This document shows positions 37,890-48,644 of a DNA stretch of 64,000 bases, piece by piece; the stretch's first letter is position 1, and each line of letters starts with the position of its first letter. The notes under the pieces were generated by a model that made no database searches, was not told the DNA's origin, and saw only the letters and a list, made by a program, of their open reading frames with translations. Source of the stretch: Candidatus Micrarchaeota archaeon (lineage in GTDB: Archaea > Micrarchaeota > Micrarchaeia > Anstonellales > Bilamarchaeaceae); the NCBI GenBank assembly GCA_043821365.1, contig JBDRCX010000003.1, positions 1 through 64,000 on the forward strand, in the 5' to 3' direction. The translations under genes were made by a program, and so were the position numbers.

Positions 37890-39989
37890 ATGACCTCCCT
37901 CAAATCAGTAGCGTTCCTACTGTTATTTTCAAGTTTGTTTTTCGCTCTTAACTTGTCACCTTATTTTTTGACAACTGAGGCGAATGTTACTGTTACTTAC
38001 ACTAATTTTTCTATGGATGGCAATAATTATTCCATAGTGAAATTAAATTCCATCAAGACATTTCTTCTGAAAAACGATACAATCATCACAGATCAAACTG
38101 AGTTTGATTCCACACTTTATTCTTACTACATGCAACTTTATTATCCTACAGAAGCTGAAATCGATGAACTTATGGATGCAATAACAACATTCAATGATAG
38201 TAGAAATGATGGATATGATTTCAAGAATAAAGAGGAATATGTCTGTCGTGATGATGTTTTGCTTTCAAATGGAAAAATCTCTGTTTTTAATGAGCCAGTC
38301 ATATGCAAGGATACTGAATCTTGCACCAACAATGCAATGTTATTATTTAGTGTATACGGGCAGGGCCTTGGACTTGGATCGATATCTGTTATTATTGATC
38401 CTCTTATGAACTTTACTCCATCAAGCCTCAAAATGGATTCGCTTCTTGAAAACTATACTGCTAAGCTTGATGATCTAGATGAAGATAATCTTATTTCAAC
38501 ACTTGATTACATAGCAACAACATCACCAGAAATAGAAACATTATCTGAAATGATTGAATATACTATATTCCGTACTCCAAAATTGAATAGCAGCACTGAC
38601 AGGAAAGCATGCGAATACAAGTGCTGGGCAATTTGTCCCTCATTTGATCTTGACCAGGATGCAGCAGAGGACATAGCATCACTATCAGATGCATTGGCAG
38701 ATAAAGTGGCTCCTTTGGATGATTTTGATTCTAATGCTGCTGCAATGTACAATCTCACTATGACGAGGGTGAATTATGCACTCAACACTGCAATTGCTGA
38801 AAATTATACTAATCAATTCAAACCACTAAATAGTTCTGGGAATAAAACAATGGCAGCTGCAAAAGACATTTTGAAACATGTTCTAAATTCTACACTTACA
38901 TTAAAACTCAACCAATTACAAGCACTACACACTTCGATTCCCAATTCAATATCTCAAAGAAACTTCTCCAATCTTAGTAGTGATTTCTTCAACTACCAAA
39001 AACTTGTTATTGAAGTTTCAAATCTTACAAATATTTCTGTTGATCAGTACAACAAAACATTAACTGCCAAAAACCAAGAAAATTCCTTGATAATGTTACT
39101 TGAAACAAAAGATCTTGATCCAATTACTGTTTCTTCACTTGAAGTTTTGAAAGCACAAACAACTGATCTTAACACTCAATTCAGAGATGGATTAACTTTA
39201 GATGAATTGGCAGCTTTAGAAAGCAATTATACAAAAATAACTGAAAGTGCTCAGGATCTATTACGTTCTGAAGGGGAGAGTCCAACAAAGAAAGCAACAT
39301 CTATGTTTAGGGGGCTTGCAAGAAGAGTCAATGTTGGGATTGCTGCTTTGGCAGACAGTACCAATTTTATGCCACGCTCTGAGATTCCAAGTAACCAAAT
39401 GGTGCTTGCTGGGTTTTCATTAGTTATTTTCCTTTCTTTTGCTTCATTAATCGTCTTAGTTTTCCTTTATTTATTTGCACTTAATAATTTCAAAGTTCCA
39501 AAAACACCTCAGATAATGGCAGTAGCCATGTTCTCGATCTTAATCATTCTGTTTATGTTCAGTGCATTTTTGTTTATATTTTTAGATAAGACAGCAACAA
39601 GTGCAACCCTAACTGAGTTTGTGGCTGACTTTGGTCCAAAACAATCTACTGCAATACTGGTAGATCTTAGAAATACTACTCTATCTGATGCTCAAGCTAT
39701 GCAAGATTGCGCAAACAAATTCGCTGATCTTCTTTCAGACCAAAACAAAACATGGACAATTTATTCAGTTTCATCTACCTTCTGTACTGTTTATTATCAT
39801 TCTGGGACCAATTCAAGTTCCACACCAACTGCATGCGAATCCAATGCATCTATCTCAGATTCATCATTTGTACTTGGTTATTCAGATATAATAGATACTA
39901 ACTTCTCAATTATTTATGAAAATAAAGCAGAAATCTCTGCAGATGGAGATTATTATGAGTCCTGCCCGTTAGTTGCTATGTTTGGTTGA
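37890..39989 (+). CDS. Large secreted/membrane hypothetical surface protein
   Basis: Signal peptide, N/T/S-rich ectodomain with many NxS/T sequons, helical stalk, two TM helices, C-terminal Cys-containing domain. Confidence 0.75.
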   Translation: MTSLKSVAFLLLFSSLFFALNLSPYFLTTEANVTVTYTNFSMDGNNYSIVKLNSIKTFLLKNDTIITDQTEFDSTLYSYYMQLYYPTEAEIDELMDAITTFNDSRNDGYDFKNKEEYVCRDDVLLSNGKISVFNEPVICKDTESCTNNAMLLFSVYGQGLGLGSISVIIDPLMNFTPSSLKMDSLLENYTAKLDDLDEDNLISTLDYIATTSPEIETLSEMIEYTIFRTPKLNSSTDRKACEYKCWAICPSFDLDQDAAEDIASLSDALADKVAPLDDFDSNAAAMYNLTMTRVNYALNTAIAENYTNQFKPLNSSGNKTMAAAKDILKHVLNSTLTLKLNQLQALHTSIPNSISQRNFSNLSSDFFNYQKLVIEVSNLTNISVDQYNKTLTAKNQENSLIMLLETKDLDPITVSSLEVLKAQTTDLNTQFRDGLTLDELAALESNYTKITESAQDLLRSEGESPTKKATSMFRGLARRVNVGIAALADSTNFMPRSEIPSNQMVLAGFSLVIFLSFASLIVLVFLYLFALNNFKVPKTPQIMAVAMFSILIILFMFSAFLFIFLDKTATSATLTEFVADFGPKQSTAILVDLRNTTLSDAQAMQDCANKFADLLSDQNKTWTIYSVSSTFCTVYYHSGTNSSSTPTACESNASISDSSFVLGYSDIIDTNFSIIYENKAEISADGDYYESCPLVAMFG

Positions 39990-39993
39990 TTAT

Positions 39994-40557
39994 ATGAAAA
40001 AGAGTAAGAAAAATTCTACTAAAAAAGTTGTCAAAAAGGTTCTTGATAAACCTACAATGGATGTTAAGCCAGAAGTGGTTAAGTCTCAAGATAAAGGCGG
40101 TAAACTTAAGCTAGTAGCTGTGGCAATTCTGTTTTTAATCTCTGTTTATCTAGCTCTTTATTTTATCACTGGGTCACAATTCATACCTGGAACTGAAATT
40201 ACACAAGATGAATTCAAGGATGTTTTTTCTTCTGCTGATACTGTGTATATTGTCATGGATGTTAGACAAATAGTAGATGCAACTACTTCTAATGGTGTTC
40301 TCCAATGTGGTGTTGATTTTGCTGCCAGTAATGGAATGGGTGGAAAAACTGTTATTCCTTTGTCTATATCTGATGATGGCTGTATTATTCAATCTGGTGC
40401 AACTCCAACAAATGATTGCATTTCAATGCTTAAGGGTGGCTCTACTATCTATGTCAAAGGTGGAACTGAGCAAACTAAATATTATTCAAATGGAATGGTA
40501 GTTAGTGTTAGTGGTAATTATACATTAGGTACTTGTGGAATTAAAGTATTAAACTGA
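39994..40557 (+). CDS. Single-pass membrane protein sharing a domain with the upstream gene
   Basis: Basic N-terminus, one TM helix, extracellular domain aligning with the last ~130 aa of 37890..39989. Confidence 0.7.
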   Translation: MKKSKKNSTKKVVKKVLDKPTMDVKPEVVKSQDKGGKLKLVAVAILFLISVYLALYFITGSQFIPGTEITQDEFKDVFSSADTVYIVMDVRQIVDATTSNGVLQCGVDFAASNGMGGKTVIPLSISDDGCIIQSGATPTNDCISMLKGGSTIYVKGGTEQTKYYSNGMVVSVSGNYTLGTCGIKVLN

Positions 40558-41760
40558 TTACCTACTTCGATATCTTAGAAAAGCTCCTATCCCACCAAAA
40601 CCAGTTAGGAACTGTGCGCCTTCAACAGTGTTTGTTGAGATGATTTCAACTGGTATTTCCATCTGTTTTGCAAGTGCATCAAGATCATCTATTAATAGTT
40701 CTTTTGACTGAAGCTTCATTTGTCCATTACAAGTCTTGCACTTTATTGTATCTTCAGGATCTTTTGATGCTTTTTTTTCTTCTATATTACATGCCGGGCA
40801 AGTGTATATCCCAGTTAAATAAGTAAGTCCTTCTGATAGTAAAACTTTTTCTGCCTGTTTGGTCATTATGGTTTCTCGAACCTGTCGTTCACCATATGTT
40901 GCAAGCCCATCACTTACAACGTCCCTTATGAATCTATCAACTAATATCTTTTCTTTAATTGCTTCTTGCTGTGCCAGTATACCATCACTTTTTGATAATA
41001 CTTCTCTGACACCATACTCATCAGTATATCCAGTGTCAACAACTCCCAATACTTTTAATTGGTAGTTAAAAGGACTCATTTTCATGAAGAATTCTTTTGT
41101 TGGTCCGGGTCCACCCACTATAATTCCTTTTACTCGGTTGAGGAATCCTGAATCCATAGCATTTCCAACTCGCTTATAGTAAACTTCAATTTGTTCCTCT
41201 ATCAATCTTTCATATCTACGAGCGCTCTGGCCTCCCTTTCTAATCTTAGCATGTGCAGTTGAATTAAGTTTTTTTATGACAGTTATATTTGTTCCTTTAA
41301 CAATTGCTATGGTTGCTTCTCTTCCATCCATAACTACTATTCCATAGGAATCAGTTGATCCCATCATACTTTGAAGTGGCTCAAGGAAAAATTTACTATC
41401 ACACCTATAGGCTCCAATGTTGAGTGGCTCAGGTGGCTCTATTGTGAATAATTGTATGTCATTTTTAGCTGCATTGTCAGATACATTCCCTGCAAATACT
41501 GCAACTCCATTTTCTGGAGTTTTTTTATAAATTTTAAGATGATTTATGATTCTTTCAAGTGCTCCTAGGACATTTAGTTTGGTTGACTTTGATTTTATGT
41601 TGCTTGCCTGGCTCATTTCTTCCCTTAATTTACCGTTCATTTCATGCACTGCAGATCCTGAAGGAATGTAAACTGATATAAGTTCAGTTCCACTACCGTG
41701 AAACTGTTCCAAAACACGCAATTGTTTACGTAAACGATACATTTTTTCAGAGTCAGCCAT
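40558..41760 (-). CDS. prf1: Peptide chain release factor aRF1
   Basis: GTELISVY, NIKS, YRCD, GGQS. Confidence 0.97.
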   Translation of the reverse strand: MADSEKMYRLRKQLRVLEQFHGSGTELISVYIPSGSAVHEMNGKLREEMSQASNIKSKSTKLNVLGALERIINHLKIYKKTPENGVAVFAGNVSDNAAKNDIQLFTIEPPEPLNIGAYRCDSKFFLEPLQSMMGSTDSYGIVVMDGREATIAIVKGTNITVIKKLNSTAHAKIRKGGQSARRYERLIEEQIEVYYKRVGNAMDSGFLNRVKGIIVGGPGPTKEFFMKMSPFNYQLKVLGVVDTGYTDEYGVREVLSKSDGILAQQEAIKEKILVDRFIRDVVSDGLATYGERQVRETIMTKQAEKVLLSEGLTYLTGIYTCPACNIEEKKASKDPEDTIKCKTCNGQMKLQSKELLIDDLDALAKQMEIPVEIISTNTVEGAQFLTGFGGIGAFLRYRSR

Positions 41761-41846
41761 TTCGAAACCACATCTGTCTACATATGAGGTTTCGGCTTCC
41801 TTCCTGAGATATACTCAGAAAGATACCAATACCCCGTCAATCAATA

Positions 41847-42284
41847 CTATTGTTTTAATTTTTCTTTGAAATCAGAAAGTTTTGCTAACAAATCTTGGTC
41901 ATTTAAAGCTAAAATCTGTATTGCCAAAAGTGCAGCATTCTTTCCCATTCCAATACCAACACATGCAACTGGAACATTTGGTGGCATCTGTGCTATTGAA
42001 AAAAGGGCATCCATACCATTTAGTGCTGCATTAACAGGAACTCCAATAACTGGTTTTGTCGTCCTTGATGCTACCATTCCAGGTAAAGCTGCACTTAGAC
42101 CTGCAATTGCAATAAATACTCTCGCAGTTGATTCAGAAATCAATGCCTCTACTTTATCTGGATTACGATGTGCTGACGCTACTTCGTATCTTGCAGATAC
42201 TCCAAATGCAGTAAAAACATCAAGAGCCTGTTTTGCAATTTCCTCATCACTTTTACTTCCAGATAAAATCAGTACTTTTTCCAT
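41847..42284 (-). CDS. purE: N5-CAIR mutase PurE
   Basis: [35 protein letters not shown]. Confidence 0.9.
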   Translation of the reverse strand: MEKVLILSGSKSDEEIAKQALDVFTAFGVSARYEVASAHRNPDKVEALISESTARVFIAIAGLSAALPGMVASRTTKPVIGVPVNAALNGMDALFSIAQMPPNVPVACVGIGMGKNAALLAIQILALNDQDLLAKLSDFKEKLKQ

Positions 42285-42327
42285 ACAATCATTCTCCCTC
42301 AAAATAATTAAAAAGAATAGGTAAAAG

Positions 42328-42888
42328 TTAATCTATTATGTCAACTCTGCCATCTTCAAAATAATATTTCATTGCAATAAGTTTCAACTTTCCTTCTTTC
42401 TCCAATTGTCGAACTACCTCACTTCTACCTCGAATTTCTTCAAGAACCACCTTCGTATTTATGCACACTGCTTTTTCGATATCTTTCTCACCCATATGGA
42501 CAGGTAATTTTAGCTTATCAATTATTGACTGGATGTTTGGTGGACAGACTCCTCCATGACATGCAGCTGTTATTGCACCACATTTTTCGTGACCCAAAAC
42601 TACTAATAGTTGAGTGTGTAAGTGATCAACTCCATATTCAATAGAACCTAATGTAATCGTGTCAACTATATTTCCTGCTGTGATTATTGTGAATACTTCC
42701 CCTATATTCAAATCAAATATATATTCAGGAACTACTCGTGAATCACTGCACGAAACTATAGTTACAAATGGTTTTTGACCATCTTTGGTTGCTTCTCTGG
42801 CTGCCTTATGATCCTTTGGAGATATGTCTCCGGATGCAAATCTTTTATTGCCCTTTATCAATTTTTCTAATGCTTCTTCTCCATCCAT
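42328..42888 (-). CDS. Beta-class carbonic anhydrase
   Basis: [35 protein letters not shown]. Confidence 0.94.
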   Translation of the reverse strand: MDGEEALEKLIKGNKRFASGDISPKDHKAAREATKDGQKPFVTIVSCSDSRVVPEYIFDLNIGEVFTIITAGNIVDTITLGSIEYGVDHLHTQLLVVLGHEKCGAITAACHGGVCPPNIQSIIDKLKLPVHMGEKDIEKAVCINTKVVLEEIRGRSEVVRQLEKEGKLKLIAMKYYFEDGRVDIID

Positions 42889-43088
42889 TAAATCACCTAA
42901 GCATCCCCAAATAAAATTAGTCTTTAACATTTATATTGTTGTCTTTCTTCAACCATATTAATTAAATTTTTAAAACCATCCGAATACATATAAAATCAGT
43001 TAAGTTTAGAAGGGGTTAGAGGTAATTTAAGCATTTTAGATGTCTTTTTAAACTCTTCTTACCATATATTATAACATAGGTGAAAATT

Positions 43089-44270
43089 ATGGCTGGTTCA
43101 ATTGTAGCTAGATGTCCAGAAGCTTTAGAAAAAGTTAGAAAACACCAAAAATTGACTGTTCCTGAATCTATTAGTGTATTAGCTGAAGGTTTTATGAGAT
43201 TCCAACAAAGAACAACTCCTTCTTCTATGAATGGCGTAAGTTTTTTGAGAGTTGCTGGGCAGGCGGCATGCTTGGATGAACCATTACCAAGAAGTGAAAT
43301 AAAACGATTACTTGAAAAAATAAAACCAGGAGGAGTTTTCTTAATTTTTGGGCATGGCCATATTGCAAAATGTGGTGCTGTTGCTGCAAAACAAGCAGCT
43401 CTTGGTTTACCCGAAGGAGAACATCTTCATGAACCAGAGGTCGTTCTGAAACTATTAGACAGTCTCCCCAAGGATGTTCGCGGCCTAGAGTCACCAGATG
43501 CAGAATTGGTTAATGCAAGATATCAGGCAACCAGGGTGTTTGAAGATCCTGAATTAAGAGAAATAATCGATAAAAAGAATCTAACTGTTGCTTATGCTGT
43601 TTGTTCAGATATTACTCCATTTACCTATCATCTACTTAATCGTACCTGGAACCAGGATAAGATTTTTGAAAGACATCCAAAACTAATTGCATTAAGATTA
43701 CAAATGCCAAAAGCATTGGGTAAGGTAATCGATGCTAATAGAGAAGGGCTTGATTCTCATTATGCTCATGCTGCATTTTTGTATGATCCACTTGACATGA
43801 GAACTGTTTTGGATCCGTTTACCTCTGCATTGGATGTTGGTGGAATTTGTTGCGTTGATGCAAGAGTAACTCCAAATGTGCCTGATAGCCCAAAATATCT
43901 TTTTAGAATACCTCCAAATCAATCATTCATGGTAACAATGGCAATAAATGGCGGTGCACAATTAAGCACTGAAAATCTAGGTTCATTGATTTATTCTTAT
44001 GGGCATGTTGCTGGTATAAATAGCCTTAATCAGCATGGTGAACCAGGTTCAGGACACACAGTTGTTTTGACATCTGGGTCAGATCTTGACCGTGCTTTAG
44101 CAGTAAGGATGGCTCTTGTTCAGCATGAAGTTGTTAACCAAGCCACATCGCATGGAGAGAATATATCTATGGCAGTTTTTGATGGAGAAAAACTACGTTT
44201 ATGGAATCCAAATCATGGAATTGATATGGTAATCCCATACACTCCACAGATCAATATTCTTTCTATTTAA
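43089..44270 (+). CDS. Divergent two-domain beta-carbonic-anhydrase-like protein
   Basis: LAEGFMRF, FLRVAG, FGHGHIAKCGAV in the N-half; CCVDARV, LGSLIYSYGHV in the C-half. Confidence 0.7.
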   Translation: MAGSIVARCPEALEKVRKHQKLTVPESISVLAEGFMRFQQRTTPSSMNGVSFLRVAGQAACLDEPLPRSEIKRLLEKIKPGGVFLIFGHGHIAKCGAVAAKQAALGLPEGEHLHEPEVVLKLLDSLPKDVRGLESPDAELVNARYQATRVFEDPELREIIDKKNLTVAYAVCSDITPFTYHLLNRTWNQDKIFERHPKLIALRLQMPKALGKVIDANREGLDSHYAHAAFLYDPLDMRTVLDPFTSALDVGGICCVDARVTPNVPDSPKYLFRIPPNQSFMVTMAINGGAQLSTENLGSLIYSYGHVAGINSLNQHGEPGSGHTVVLTSGSDLDRALAVRMALVQHEVVNQATSHGENISMAVFDGEKLRLWNPNHGIDMVIPYTPQINILSI

Positions 44271-45134
44271 TTATTCTAAAAATTCTACAGTATCTACCTG
44301 CCCATCTCCATTCTCGTCAAATCCTTCAACTACTCTAGTTTCTTGAATCTTATCTATGTTCTTGATCATTGCAAGTACTGCTGCCCTTGTTCCATGTTGG
44401 TTTAGACCTCCAATAACTAAAACTTTTCTTGAGCTGGCAAAAGGACTTTTAATAAGTTCAATCACTCCTATATTTCCGCTATAGGCTTTTCCTGCATTGG
44501 TACTATACACCTCAGCATTATCCCTGGTGAATCTAATTGGCAATTTATTATTAATCTCAGCAACTAATGTGTTTACTTTTGGTCCACCCGCGAGTATGAG
44601 GTTTTTCTTTTTATCGAGTTCAGTGATTTGTGTGTCTAATTTGTAGATTGGAAAGATCGGTGCAGCATATCTTCCAAATAACATGGAAAGTTCTAACATA
44701 CCAAATTCACTTGCTCTCGCTCTATGTTTTCCATGTGGTTCTGGTGATCCAACAACCATAAGCCCACTGAAAACACCTTCTTCGAAAAAGGGTTTTAGGA
44801 TCGGTGGTGTATCTTTCAATGGTGGTGTAGAATCTCTCCAGCCATTATCATCTACAACCATAGCAAAACTCTGAGCTTTGGCAATGTATTTTTTTGCTAT
44901 TCCGCCATTTTTCTCTTCATAATCTACAAATCCTATCATTCCAGCTTTTTCAAGTACTTTAATGTGGTAGTAAGTTATTTGAGGTTGAAGACCAATTTCA
45001 CGTGCAATCTCAATTGCATATGCAGGTCTTCTACTAAGATATTTCAGGATCTTGAGACGTTCTCCTGAAATTGCTTTCAGTTGTTCTATTCTCATACAAC
45101 CAATTGCTTTTCCATCATCGTTTATTAGCATCAT
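44271..45134 (-). CDS. ArsR-like HTH regulator with C-terminal S-layer-C-like alpha/beta domain
   Basis: RLKILKYL..AIEIAREIGLQPQITYYHIKVLEKAG HTH; KNLILAGGPKVN. Confidence 0.75.
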   Translation of the reverse strand: MMLINDDGKAIGCMRIEQLKAISGERLKILKYLSRRPAYAIEIAREIGLQPQITYYHIKVLEKAGMIGFVDYEEKNGGIAKKYIAKAQSFAMVVDDNGWRDSTPPLKDTPPILKPFFEEGVFSGLMVVGSPEPHGKHRARASEFGMLELSMLFGRYAAPIFPIYKLDTQITELDKKKNLILAGGPKVNTLVAEINNKLPIRFTRDNAEVYSTNAGKAYSGNIGVIELIKSPFASSRKVLVIGGLNQHGTRAAVLAMIKNIDKIQETRVVEGFDENGDGQVDTVEFLE

Positions 45135-45229
45135 TTCAGCATACCTCAGACCCTTACAATTTTTTTTGAATACTAATAAAAATATTTTAATAGTAGTATT
45201 AAAAAGGCTATCTATTATCATTCTTTTCT

Positions 45230-46951
45230 ATGTGTGGCATTATTGGCTATGTTGGTTACCAGAAAGCAGATGAAGTTCTTATTTCTGGCTTGGAACGTTT
45301 GGAATATCGTGGTTATGATTCTGCAGGTATATGTGTTTGTGATAAAAAATTACAAGTACATAAAGTTGTTGGAAGAGTTGAAAATCTAAAAACAATTGAT
45401 TTCACTGGAAATATTGGTATTGCTCATACAAGATGGGCAACACATGGGAAACCAACTGTTGAAAATGCACACCCTCATATGAGTGCTAATGGCAAAATTG
45501 CAGTAGTCCATAATGGTATTGTTGAGAATTATTTATCATTAAAGGAAGAATTGAGAGGAGTGACTTTTAAGAGTGAGACAGACACAGAAATAATTGCTCA
45601 TTTGATAGAAAAATTTTATTCTGGTGATCTTAAGGATGCAGTTCTAAAAGTAATTAACAAAATGCAAGGATCCTATGCAATTTGTGTTTTAATGGAAGGT
45701 CATGATGAACTCATTTTTGCCCGAAACGGCAGTCCATTGATATTAGGGGTTGGGAGCAATGAAAATTTTGTTGCATCAGATGTTGCTGCATTTGTCGAAC
45801 ACACAAAAAAAGTAATCTATCTTGATGATCTTGAAATGGGTGTTCTACACAATGATGGTTTTGAAATTTTCGATAATACTGGTAAAAAAATATCAAAAGA
45901 AGTTTCTATTGTTGATTGGGATTTAGCACAAGCTCAAAAAAGCGGCCATCCACATTTTATGTTAAAGGAGATTCTTGAGCAACCAACTGTGGTTGAAGAA
46001 ACACTAAAGGTCAATATCGATCTAGATTTTAGTGCAAAAAGAATATTTATGGTTGCATGTGGGACTGCTTCCTATGCTGGTTTTGTGGGCAAGTATTTAA
46101 TAGAAAAAATTGCCCGCATCCCGGTTGAATGGATGCCAGCATCTGAATTTCGTTATTCTGATCCCATCATTGGTAATGATGATCTTATGTTTGTAATATC
46201 ACAAAGTGGGGAAACTGCCGACACTCTTGCTGCCCTAAGACTTGCAAAAGAGAAAGGTGCACGTGTTGTTAGTATAGTCAATGTTGTTAACAGTACTATC
46301 GCGCGAGAATCTGATTCAGTTATTTATACCCGTGCTGGTCCTGAAATAGGTGTTGCAAGTACAAAAGCATATCTGGCACAATTGGTGATTCTTTATAAAA
46401 TAGCTGAGAAAATGGGAGGAAAAAAACTAGGTTTGGACAAACTCCCATCAGCTATCAAAGAAATTCTTTCGAATAGAGAGAAAATAAAAGAAATTGCAAA
46501 AAAATATTTCTTATGCCACAATCTCCTTTTCATAGGCCGCGGTATCAATTATCCAATTGCTATTGAGGGTTCACACAAACTAAAAGAAATCAGTTATATC
46601 CATGCAGAAGCTTATGCTGCAGGTGAATTAAAGCACGGTGCTATTGCATTGGTTACTGAGGACACACCAACTATAGTAATTGCTACGGATAGCAAGATTA
46701 AGGAAAAACTTTTCAATAATATCCAGGAAGTAAAAGCAAGAAACGGGAAGACAATTGCAATTGCCAGCAATGGTGATGAATTAATAAAAAAATACTCTGA
46801 TGATGTTTTCTATGTTCCTAAAGTTGATGAAATACTAACCCCAATTCTAACTATTATCCCACTTCAACTTTTTGCATATTATATTGCTGATATGAGGGAA
46901 TGTGATATAGATAAACCAAGAAATTTAGCAAAATCAGTTACTGTGGAGTAA
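45230..46951 (+). CDS. glmS: Glutamine-fructose-6-phosphate aminotransferase
   Basis: MCGIIG, EYRGYDSAG, HTRWATHG, SQSGETADT, ELKHG, RNLAKSVTVE. Confidence 0.98.
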   Translation: MCGIIGYVGYQKADEVLISGLERLEYRGYDSAGICVCDKKLQVHKVVGRVENLKTIDFTGNIGIAHTRWATHGKPTVENAHPHMSANGKIAVVHNGIVENYLSLKEELRGVTFKSETDTEIIAHLIEKFYSGDLKDAVLKVINKMQGSYAICVLMEGHDELIFARNGSPLILGVGSNENFVASDVAAFVEHTKKVIYLDDLEMGVLHNDGFEIFDNTGKKISKEVSIVDWDLAQAQKSGHPHFMLKEILEQPTVVEETLKVNIDLDFSAKRIFMVACGTASYAGFVGKYLIEKIARIPVEWMPASEFRYSDPIIGNDDLMFVISQSGETADTLAALRLAKEKGARVVSIVNVVNSTIARESDSVIYTRAGPEIGVASTKAYLAQLVILYKIAEKMGGKKLGLDKLPSAIKEILSNREKIKEIAKKYFLCHNLLFIGRGINYPIAIEGSHKLKEISYIHAEAYAAGELKHGAIALVTEDTPTIVIATDSKIKEKLFNNIQEVKARNGKTIAIASNGDELIKKYSDDVFYVPKVDEILTPILTIIPLQLFAYYIADMRECDIDKPRNLAKSVTVE

Positions 46952-48592
46952 TTATCTTCTTGGTTTTCTTTTTCTTATCTTAACCCAAATTTGCCATAAT
47001 AAAATAACTATCACTATTATAGCACCAACGAGCACAAATGGACTAACACCAGTTGAATTTACTGTTATTTTTTTAGTTGCTTCAATGAATCCAATCTTAT
47101 TAACTGCAATTGTATATTCTCCTGGTTCGTTTATTGTTATGTTTAGGGTTTTATCCACAAAATAACTTTGTCCATTCACACTTATGTTAATTCTATCTAC
47201 TGGTTCTCCATTTTCAAGGTCATTCACAAATACAGTGAATGGAGTTCCCTCTACTACGTCTGATGTTGTAGTAATAACAAAACTATTCAAAGGTATTGTT
47301 GAATCGTAATTTATCGCAATTGTTGTGTACGTTGTTCCACTCTCTTGTCCATAATCATCAACCACTAAACATGATATTGTATTAAGACCAAATATCAAAT
47401 TTTTAGTTGGGTCAACATATTGATTCCAACCATCTTGTGTTGTGTTAGTGTAATCCCATTCGCCACCGTTTATGCTCATAAGCACATATGCATTACTTCC
47501 TTCTGCAACATACTTTCCACCAACTACTAATTCTTTCTGTCCAATTAATTCAGCTTCAAGTGGATTTGTTATCGAACATGCTCTTTCAGTGCTATATGCA
47601 TGTACAGAACCATCCTGGGCACCAAACATGATTTTATTTTGATAGAATAACGGATCACCTACTGCACCACCTATAACTGTTTTCCAGACAATTTCTCCAT
47701 TGTCCTTTGCAATTGCATAAATGCTTTTGTCTGTACTTCCAACAAAAATAACTTCTCGCCCACCCATAAATCCTGTTTCAGGCATTGTTTGTACTGCTAA
47801 TTGTGTTTGGGCAGACCATTTCATTTCGCCGTTTCCTGCATCGACAGCATAAACATTACCATCATTACCGCCAAAATAAATTATACCATTGCTTATATGT
47901 GGGGTACTCATTATCCAATTTCTTAGTACTACCTCCCAGACTACTAATCCATTGTTTGCAACATAGGCGTGCATTTTATTGTCTAATGCACCAACATAAA
48001 CCACTCCGCTTTCTATTACTGGTCTAGATGTCCAAAAAGTTCCACCATCAAGTTTTACCTTCCACAAAATAACTCCATTTTCATTCATTTTTACAAGTTC
48101 GTTTTCTTTCCCATAAATAACATAATCTGATCCTGCAGCTGGCAATCCGACAATAGATTCATTAAAGCTGCTTATTTTTTTGATACTAAAACTCTTATCA
48201 ATAACGTAAATTCCATTACTTGCAGTAACAAAAATTTCATCACTGTTTGCACTCATACCATACACATATGTTGCATTTTGGGACGTTAGATCAATTGTCA
48301 ATGATACTACTCCATTATTTCCAATCTTCTTTATCTTCCCGGTTGTTGTTGATACAAAAACCGAGTTTTCAAAAATAAGCATATCTGTTGGTTTTTTTTC
48401 TAATGTTGTTTGCCATTTTTTCAATCCACTATTGGGGTCTATGGCATATAGTTTTCCGTCATCAGATGCACTGACTATCATATTTTGGTATGCAACTGGT
48501 TTTAGGCTAATTTCACCGCCAGTACTATACTCCCATACTAGTGAAGCATAGGAAAACGAAAGAAGCAAGATAAATAGAAAAGCTTTCCTCAT
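46952..48592 (-). CDS. PQQ-like (BamB-type) beta-propeller surface protein with C-terminal TM anchor
   Basis: Repeated YAIDPNSG..W / YAVDAGNG..W / YAIAKDNG..W blades, Ig-like segments, terminal TM plus basic tail. Confidence 0.85.
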   Translation of the reverse strand: MRKAFLFILLLSFSYASLVWEYSTGGEISLKPVAYQNMIVSASDDGKLYAIDPNSGLKKWQTTLEKKPTDMLIFENSVFVSTTTGKIKKIGNNGVVSLTIDLTSQNATYVYGMSANSDEIFVTASNGIYVIDKSFSIKKISSFNESIVGLPAAGSDYVIYGKENELVKMNENGVILWKVKLDGGTFWTSRPVIESGVVYVGALDNKMHAYVANNGLVVWEVVLRNWIMSTPHISNGIIYFGGNDGNVYAVDAGNGEMKWSAQTQLAVQTMPETGFMGGREVIFVGSTDKSIYAIAKDNGEIVWKTVIGGAVGDPLFYQNKIMFGAQDGSVHAYSTERACSITNPLEAELIGQKELVVGGKYVAEGSNAYVLMSINGGEWDYTNTTQDGWNQYVDPTKNLIFGLNTISCLVVDDYGQESGTTYTTIAINYDSTIPLNSFVITTTSDVVEGTPFTVFVNDLENGEPVDRINISVNGQSYFVDKTLNITINEPGEYTIAVNKIGFIEATKKITVNSTGVSPFVLVGAIIVIVILLWQIWVKIRKRKPRR

Positions 48593-48644
48593 TGGATTTG
48601 AATATCCAAATGCTGAAGAATTCTTATGAAAATTTTTCATAATG

